Source: Horticoccus luteus
GTDB taxonomy: Bacteria > Verrucomicrobiota > Verrucomicrobiia > Opitutales > Opitutaceae
Assembly (NCBI RefSeq): GCF_019464535.1
Contig: NZ_CP080507.1
Coordinates: 180,001-212,000 of the forward strand
Length of the DNA: 32,000 nucleotides
Reading direction: 5' to 3'
The stretch's first letter is position 1, and each line of letters begins with the position of its first letter. Positions 26,745 through 32,000 of the stretch are shown piece by piece. The translations under genes and the position numbers were made by a program. The notes under the pieces were generated by a model. The model saw only the letters and a list, made by a program, of their open reading frames with translations. It ran no database searches and had not been told where the DNA came from.

Positions 26745-27443
26745 TCAGCCGTGGCGGCGGGTCACATGGACGAGGATGAGCGTGAAGAAGCACATCACGA
26801 GATTTTGCAGCGGCAACTGGAGCGGCGTGGGCAGCGCGTAGATGATGCACACGGCGGGCAGCCAGATGCCGAGGTTGGCGATGAGCGGAGGCAGCACGCG
26901 GCGGCGATACCAGGAGCCGGCGCGCACGTCGGCGACGAAGGCGCGGAAGTCGAGCCCGAGCGCGGCGAATTCGTAGCCGAACATCGTGAGCGGCACAGCG
27001 AAGATCGGGCAGTAAACGCACTGGTCGAGAAACGTCTTGATGATGATGGTGCGCGCATCCGTGCCTTCGCCGATGACGTGGGCGAGCAGCCGATACCAGA
27101 GGTCGATCTCGACGCCCTTGTAGGCCCAGAACCCCACCAGCCAGACGGCCTGTTTCACATTATAGGTGGAACGGGTCGCAGGATTGGCCCAGAGGTAGAG
27201 GACGGGAATGGCGCCGGCGAATAACGCGGTGGAGACGATGCTATAGACGAGTCCGAGGTGCGTGCGCCACACGGCGAGATGCTCCAAGGCTTCGCGCGTG
27301 GGAGTGTGGCGGTAATACGCGATGACGAGGGCGAGCGCGCCGATTTGCAGGGCGATGCCGGGCCAGAGGTTCGCCCGAGCGCCGCGCACGCCCGCGCGCC
27401 AGGGTGCTTCAGGGGCAACGGGAGCGGACAGTTCGGGAGCCAT
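26745..27443 (-). CDS. Integral membrane protein, possibly Mpv17/PMP22 family
   Basis: Only the C-terminal 232 aa of track ORF 26745..28256 look genuine. The start is at 'MAPELSAP' (CAT at 27441-27443). The upstream part is R/P/H-rich and antisense to the hydrolase gene. There are four or more hydrophobic segments. 'KTFLDQCVYCPIF' and 'IANLGIWLPAVCIIYALPTPLQLPLQNLV' parallel human MPV17 'KKMLLDQGGFAPCF' and '[28 protein letters not shown]', recalled from memory. Confidence 0.6.
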   Translation of the reverse strand: MAPELSAPVAPEAPWRAGVRGARANLWPGIALQIGALALVIAYYRHTPTREALEHLAVWRTHLGLVYSIVSTALFAGAIPVLYLWANPATRSTYNVKQAVWLVGFWAYKGVEIDLWYRLLAHVIGEGTDARTIIIKTFLDQCVYCPIFAVPLTMFGYEFAALGLDFRAFVADVRAGSWYRRRVLPPLIANLGIWLPAVCIIYALPTPLQLPLQNLVMCFFTLILVHVTRRHG

Positions 27444-27623
27444 AAAACCGTGCACGCTGCGGAAAACGCGGCCCGGCGGCGAGCGCGTTCTGGCGGAGAT
27501 CGCGGCGGGGCGAGGATTCTCAAGGCGGCAGCTTGAAATCTGGAACGCGGCGTGTGGGGGCGGTGAGGGGTTCGAGGATTGCGCTGGCGGAGCACGGGCG
27601 GCGGAATCGCGGGTCTCAACGAA

Positions 27624-28751
27624 ATGGCACGCTATTTTTTGCTCCTGGTGGCGGGGTTGTTTTTGGCGGTGGGATTGCTGACGGTCGTGCCATCGCCGGA
27701 CCGGGCGCCGTGGCAGTTGGCTGTGCTCGCGGATAATTTTGGCCATTGGCTGGCGCTGGGGAGCGTGGGCCTCGTGGTGGCGGCGTGGTGTGCGCGGGGC
27801 GTCGGGCTGGGCTGGCAAGCGAGCGTGACGGTGATTGGGGTGGCGGCGGCGGCCCTCTTGCTGCGGCCGTGTTGGGATGCGGCCCGGATTGCGCGGGTGT
27901 TGCCGGCGGAGTTGGCGCGGACGTTGGGGCCGGCGGAGGTCGACGCGCGGCCGTTTTCCGTGGCGGCGCTGGGGCGCGGCGACCCAGGTGCGGTGCCGGT
28001 GGAAACGCATGAATTCGCGCCGGGATTGAAGCTGGATTTTTATCGGGCGATCGGCCGGACGCCGGCGCCGTGTGTGATCGTCGTGCACGGCGGCGGGTGG
28101 AATGGCGGGAAGCGCACGGAGATCGCGTCGCTTGATCGCTGGCTGGCGCGGCAGGGCTACGCGGTGGTGGCGATCGATTACCGGCTGGCGCCGGCGCATC
28201 GCTGGCCGGCGCAGGCGGAGGATGTGCGCGCGGCGCTGGCGTTTGTGCGCGCGCACGCGGCGGCGTGGGGCGTCGATGCGCGCAAGCTGGTGCTGTTCGG
28301 TCGCTCGGCGGGCGGGCAGATCGTGGAGGCGGTGGCGTATGAAAACGCGGAGCCGGGGGTGTGTGGCGTGGTGGCGTTGTATGCGCCCAACGATTTATTT
28401 TTCGGCTATACCTATGCGCGCGAAGACGACGTGTTGAAATCGCCGGCGTTGTTGCGGAATTTTCTCGGAGGCACGCCGAAGGAGGTGCCGGCGAATTATG
28501 CGAGCGCGAGCGGGTTGCTGCACGTGACGCCCGCGGCACCGCCGACGTTGTTGCTGCATGGCGAACTCGATACGCTCGTGTGGTATCGGCACAGCGTGCG
28601 GCTCGCCGCGCGGTTGCGGGAGAACGGCGTGCGGCACGCGTTGGTGTCGCTGCCGTGGGCGACGCACGCGTTTGAATATAATCTGGCGGGGCCCGGCGGA
28701 CAGATCACGACGTTCGCGCTGGCGTGGTTTCTGGCGGACGTGACGCGGTGA
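27624..28751 (+). CDS. Membrane-anchored alpha/beta hydrolase (HGGG-type esterase/lipase, Abhydrolase_3-like)
   Basis: Start at ATG 27624 ('MARYFLLLVAGLFLAVGLL'). The N-terminal ~110 aa are hydrophobic. The oxyanion motif 'VIVVHGGGWNGG', nucleophile elbow 'LFGRSAGGQ' (GxSxG) and 'LLLHGELD...WATHAF' are present. Confidence 0.85.
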   Translation: MARYFLLLVAGLFLAVGLLTVVPSPDRAPWQLAVLADNFGHWLALGSVGLVVAAWCARGVGLGWQASVTVIGVAAAALLLRPCWDAARIARVLPAELARTLGPAEVDARPFSVAALGRGDPGAVPVETHEFAPGLKLDFYRAIGRTPAPCVIVVHGGGWNGGKRTEIASLDRWLARQGYAVVAIDYRLAPAHRWPAQAEDVRAALAFVRAHAAAWGVDARKLVLFGRSAGGQIVEAVAYENAEPGVCGVVALYAPNDLFFGYTYAREDDVLKSPALLRNFLGGTPKEVPANYASASGLLHVTPAAPPTLLLHGELDTLVWYRHSVRLAARLRENGVRHALVSLPWATHAFEYNLAGPGGQITTFALAWFLADVTR

Positions 28752-28776
28752 GGAGGCGGCGGCGCGGGTGGTGTTG

Positions 28777-28794
28777 CGGGGTGAGGGCACCCCG
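28777..28794. repeat. Intergenic hairpin CGGGGTG-AGGG-CACCCCG (copy 2 of the shared motif), between convergent genes
   Basis: Read directly. It has the same loop and nearly the same stem as 26655-26674. Confidence 0.5.
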
Positions 28795-28858
28795 GCCCAC
28801 ACAGAAGAACCTGCGGGGCAGCAAGCAGGGGCCGGAGCCTGCGGGAGCGGGACGCGAA

Positions 28859-29506
28859 TCAAGGACGCGCTGCGGCGGGGGCGGGACGCGGGCGATGCGT
28901 TTTCCAGAGGCGGAGGAGCTCGAGGACGACGAGCGGGATGAAGATCCAGAGGACCTGCACGGGGAAAATTTTGCGGGCGGCCGCTTGATGGTAAGCGATG
29001 AGCGCGGCGGCGACGTAGGCGAGGCGATGGAGGTTTTTCCAGCGGCGGCCGCCGAGCCAGCGCACGGCCGCGTGGAGGCTCGTGACTGCGAGGAGGAGAA
29101 GGATGGTCAACGCAATCAGGCCGGTGAGTTGAAAGGGTTTGTCGAGAACGTTGCGAAAAATGCCGGGGAGATTGGCCGGGTGGGCGCCGCCTTCGTAAAG
29201 GAGATGCGTGGTGAAATGCAGCGCGGCGTAAACGAACGCGCTCACGCCGACGAGGCGGCGGTGGCGGTTGAGCGCCTGCACCACGGGCGAACGCGGGAAG
29301 AGCACGCGCAGCGGGCTGAAGGTGAGAACGGTGACGAGCAACAGGCAGGCGACGAAGCCGAGGTGGTGCAGAATGAATTTAAGCGGATCGGCCAGCGCGC
29401 TGGAATCCTGGCGCACGAAGAGCGGCCACGCGGGCCAGAGACCGGGCAGGATGAGGACAATCCAGACGAACGTTTTCGAACGGAGCAGGCGGGCGAAGGC
29501 GGTCAC
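28859..29506 (-). CDS. msrQ: Protein-methionine-sulfoxide reductase heme-binding subunit MsrQ (YedZ)
   Basis: 215 aa with a GTG start and multiple TM helices. It is similar to E. coli YedZ: 'ADPLKFILHHLGFVA', 'RRLVGVSAFVYAALHFTTHLLYE' and 'NLHRLAYVAAALIAYHQ', with the heme-ligand His positions conserved. It lies downstream of msrP. Confidence 0.85.
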   Translation of the reverse strand: MTAFARLLRSKTFVWIVLILPGLWPAWPLFVRQDSSALADPLKFILHHLGFVACLLLVTVLTFSPLRVLFPRSPVVQALNRHRRLVGVSAFVYAALHFTTHLLYEGGAHPANLPGIFRNVLDKPFQLTGLIALTILLLLAVTSLHAAVRWLGGRRWKNLHRLAYVAAALIAYHQAAARKIFPVQVLWIFIPLVVLELLRLWKTHRPRPAPAAARP

Positions 29507-29560
29507 GAGGAGAGTGGCGGGCGGCGGAAGGGCGAGGGTCGGGCGGCGGCCGACGGACGG

Positions 29561-29582
29561 GCGAAACGCTGACGCGTTTCGC
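29561..29582 (-). other. Perfect 9-bp hairpin in the msrP-msrQ intercistronic spacer
   Basis: GCGAAACGC-TGAC-GCGTTTCGC, read directly. It sits within the 134-nt gap at 29507-29640. There is no U-tract. Confidence 0.5.
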
Positions 29583-29640
29583 TACGGATTGGGGGCGAAA
29601 GAATGAGGGCGATGCGGCGACTGGACGGCCTGCTGCCTGG

Positions 29641-30606
29641 TCAGAAATTTACCCGGAGATTCAGGTCCTTGTAGAGCGGCGCGACTTCCTTTTCGTAGCC
29701 GTTGAACATGAGGGTGGGCTGGCGGCCGGAGAAGATGCCGCCGCCGATGATGCGCTCGCTCGCTTGCGACCAGCGCGGATGATCGACGGTGGGGTTCACG
29801 TTGGCGTAGAAGCCATATTCGCTGGGCGCCATGACGTTCCACGTGTTGCGCGGTTCGCGCTTGGTGAGCTCGATCTTCACGATGGATTTGATGCCTTTGA
29901 AACCGTATTTCCACGGGACAACGAGGCGGAGGGGCGCGCCGTTCTGGTTGGGCAGCGGCTTGCCGTAGATGCCGGTGGCGATGAAGGCGAGGGGGTGCAT
30001 GGCCTCGTCGAGGCGCAGGCCTTCGACGTAGGGCCAGTCGAGGGAGTTGCTGCGCTGGCCCACGGCGGCGGACGGATCGTAAAACGTGGTGAACTTGACG
30101 TATTTCGCCGTCGGCAACGGGTCGGCGAGGGCGATGAGTTTCGCGAGGGGAAACCCGTCCCACGGCACGACCATCGACCAGGCTTCGACGCAGCGGTGGC
30201 GATAGACGCGTTGCTCGAGGCCGAGTTGGCGCACGAGGGCGTTGACGTCGATTTTCTGCGGCGAGCGGACCAGGCCGGCGAGCTCGAGGGTCCACGCGTC
30301 GGTGTTCCAGCCGCGGTTGGCGTTATCCTTGGGGTCGTCCTTGTTGAGGCCGAACTCGTAGAAGTTGTTATAGCTGGTGACGAGATTGTAGGGCGTGGGC
30401 TTGAGGCCGGTGCCGTTGTAGGCGGGGTTTTGCTGATCGGGAAAGCCGGCGGTGGCGGCGAGGACGGAACGGGAGCCAAGGGTGAGCGCGGCGGCGCCGA
30501 GGCCGAGCGTGCGGAGAAAGTCCCGGCGCGAGCGTTGGCGGTAAAGGGCTTCGGGCGTGACGGCGCTTTCGGGGAGTTCCCAGGACGAGGGCGTGCGAAT
30601 GAGCAT
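29641..30606 (-). CDS. msrP: Protein-methionine-sulfoxide reductase catalytic (molybdopterin) subunit MsrP (YedY)
   Basis: 321 aa with a Tat-type signal 'SRRDFLRTLGLGAAALTL'. Long blocks match E. coli YedY: 'YNNFYEFGL', 'RCVEAWSMVVPWDGFPL', 'YVEGLRLDEAMHPL', 'NGAPLRLVVPWKYGFKGIKSIVKIELT', 'EYGFYANVNPTVDHPRWSQASER' and 'QPTLMFNGY'. Confidence 0.93.
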   Translation of the reverse strand: MLIRTPSSWELPESAVTPEALYRQRSRRDFLRTLGLGAAALTLGSRSVLAATAGFPDQQNPAYNGTGLKPTPYNLVTSYNNFYEFGLNKDDPKDNANRGWNTDAWTLELAGLVRSPQKIDVNALVRQLGLEQRVYRHRCVEAWSMVVPWDGFPLAKLIALADPLPTAKYVKFTTFYDPSAAVGQRSNSLDWPYVEGLRLDEAMHPLAFIATGIYGKPLPNQNGAPLRLVVPWKYGFKGIKSIVKIELTKREPRNTWNVMAPSEYGFYANVNPTVDHPRWSQASERIIGGGIFSGRQPTLMFNGYEKEVAPLYKDLNLRVNF

Positions 30607-30889
30607 GACAGGAGGGGTTCGGAGCAGTGCAGAGGTGCGAGGCGCGAGAAGAGGATATTATTCCTCGCAACGACACGCAAACGGAGGCGCGGATTAAAAC
30701 GGGTGAACGGGCGAGGGAGGTGCAGCCGTGGACCGGGGCGCGGCGCGGTGGTGGCGGGGAGCGGTGAACTTCACGGCGGCAATGGGACCGGAGGACACGG
30801 ACGCCGAGAGCGGGCGAGTGCCGATTATGCTCGGCAAGGGCACCGGCATTTGGAATGCGTTGTCGGCTTCGTTTACAAAATATCGTTCT

Positions 30890-32000
30890 ATGGCAGCTTG
30901 GGAATACAAGGTCATCACCAGCGGCAAGGGTGGGTTCGCCACGCCGGCATTGCTGGAAAAATTTCTTAACGACCTCGGTCGCGAGGAGTGGGAAATCGTC
31001 GAATTTCGTTCTTCACCCGACAACGTGCTCGCGTTCACCGGCCTCGTCCGGCGATCCACGCAACGGGACTGGACGCTCGAGGACGCGGCGGCGGCGGCGG
31101 CGCGGGCGGAGGCGGAGAAGCTGCGCGCGGAATTTGCGGCGAAGTTTCAAGGCTTGAGCGCGGCGGCGGCCCCCGGCCAACCGCAGACACCCGCGGCGCT
31201 GGCGGCGGACGCAGTGGAGGAAAAGCACGAATTTCGCCGCCCGGTGGACACCTCGCGCGACTTCGATCCGGATGCGCCGGAAGAAGAAAAAGAAGAGTGG
31301 GACAAGATTGGAGAAGAGGAGGAGCTGCCGACGTTTTTCGATGCGTTGAAGCCGCACATGCGCCGCAACCAGCGCGGGCCGGGGATGGCGGTGGGTGTGG
31401 AGTATCTCGCGAAGAAATGGGATCTGGCGGAAGAGGACATCAAGGGCGCGCTCGTGGAGTGCGGCCTCGAGGTGCCGGAGGACGACGACGCGAAACCGGT
31501 CTACGTGGAATTCGACGGCGATCTTTACTGGGTGAACGCGAATCGTCGCGGTGAGCTTTGGATTAATACGAAGGAGAAGCCGCGTCCGGTGTTTCGCACC
31601 GTGAAGGCGGAGCGCGCGCACATCGAAGACGAGGCGAAGCCGGAGGCGCGCCCGGCGCGGTCGGCGCAGCAGCCATCGCCGGCACCCGCGAAGGACGCGG
31701 TCGGAAGCGGCGACGGGCACGGAGCCCCGACTGAAGTAAAAGCGCCGAAGGCGCCGGTGGCGTTGCCCGAAGGGGCGGCGTTGCTCGACAAGGTGCGGCC
31801 GCAGATGCGGCGGAGCCGGCGCGGGCCGGGTGGCTCGGGGAGTGTAAGTTTTCTGTCGCGCGCGCTGCGCTGCGGCGAAGCGGATTTGCTGGCGGCGTTT
31901 GGCGCGCTCGGCCTCGTGGTGCCGGAAGCCGGGACGGAGAAGCCGGTGTATGTCGAACTCGGCGACGAAGTCTGGTGGTTGAATCGCGACCAGCGCGGCG
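30890..32000 (+). CDS. DUF4177-type N-terminal domain protein with acidic/Ala-rich linkers and at least two copies of a ~80-aa module. 3'-partial and not present in the supplied ORF track
   Basis: I translated frame 2 by hand. It is open from the TGA at 30704-30706 to the window end. ATG 30890 gives 'MAAWEYKVITSGKGGFATPALLEKFLNDLGREEWEIVEFRSSPDNVLAFTGLVRR', a DUF4177-like 'WEYK...LN.LG..GWE(I/L)V' pattern. Third positions are G/C-rich in this frame. Upstream in-frame ATGs at 30782 and 30827 are possible alternative starts. Confidence 0.7.
   Translation, partial: MAAWEYKVITSGKGGFATPALLEKFLNDLGREEWEIVEFRSSPDNVLAFTGLVRRSTQRDWTLEDAAAAAARAEAEKLRAEFAAKFQGLSAAAAPGQPQTPAALAADAVEEKHEFRRPVDTSRDFDPDAPEEEKEEWDKIGEEEELPTFFDALKPHMRRNQRGPGMAVGVEYLAKKWDLAEEDIKGALVECGLEVPEDDDAKPVYVEFDGDLYWVNANRRGELWINTKEKPRPVFRTVKAERAHIEDEAKPEARPARSAQQPSPAPAKDAVGSGDGHGAPTEVKAPKAPVALPEGAALLDKVRPQMRRSRRGPGGSGSVSFLSRALRCGEADLLAAFGALGLVVPEAGTEKPVYVELGDEVWWLNRDQRG

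Noticed and set aside
27444-27623. Sigma-54-like promoter ('TGGAAC...') in the divergent region between the Mpv17-like and hydrolase genes
   Set aside because: The spacing and the -12 element do not match TGGCAC-N5-TTGC. It is a chance resemblance.
27444-28256. N-terminal 270 aa of - strand ORF 26745..28256 (503 aa)
   Set aside because: This part is R/P/H/Q-rich, non-membrane, and antisense to the alpha/beta hydrolase gene. Only the hydrophobic C-terminal 232 aa are kept as a gene.
30694-31720. - strand ORFs 30694..31059 (121 aa) and 31013..31720 (235 aa), and + strand ORF 30988..31554
   Set aside because: They overlap the longer open frame-2 ORF, which has a DUF4177-like N-terminus and an internally repeated module. 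Their products are R-rich low complexity.

Overview
This is a visibly GC-rich bacterial chromosomal window of about two-thirds G+C by eye. Third codon positions are strongly G/C, and this produces many long 'shadow' ORFs in the six-frame track. The gene content suggests a Verrucomicrobiota/Opitutaceae-like organism (inference only): a PEP-CTERM-tagged giant protein built from autotransporter-associated beta-strand repeats, and a WXXGXW lipoprotein.

I support about 22 protein genes:
- A 5'-truncated surface repeat protein.
- A secreted SASA/SGNH sialate-O-acetylesterase-like enzyme plus a PhyH-family dioxygenase, probably one operon.
- A beta-propeller/S9 peptidase homologue whose nucleophile Ser is Ala.
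- A cytoplasmic 819-aa glycoside-hydrolase-like protein, divergent from a CUT1-type sugar ABC importer (binding protein and two permeases, no ATPase).
- A WXXGXW lipoprotein, asnS, a small membrane protein, a TerC-family protein and an MscS-family channel.
- A roughly 2250-aa PEP-CTERM giant protein containing three tandem 0.8-1.1 kb units.
- An envelope redox neighbourhood: DsbD/ScsB-like reductase plus a small membrane ORF, an Mpv17/PMP22-like membrane protein, a membrane-anchored alpha/beta hydrolase, and msrP-msrQ.
- A 3'-truncated DUF4177-type ORF that is absent from the supplied ORF track.

I found no rRNA, tRNA, CRISPR array, transposase, integrase or recognisable defence system. No clearly novel multi-gene system is evident.

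The most checkable oddities are:
- the Ser->Ala S9 pseudo-peptidase;
- the near-identical in-frame duplication inside the giant gene;
- the untracked DUF4177 protein with a repeated ~80-aa module;
- the Mpv17/PMP22-like protein sitting among periplasmic redox-repair genes;
- a shared intergenic hairpin motif;
- a perfect hairpin in an unusually long msrP-msrQ spacer.

All family assignments come from motif recognition by eye, not from searches.
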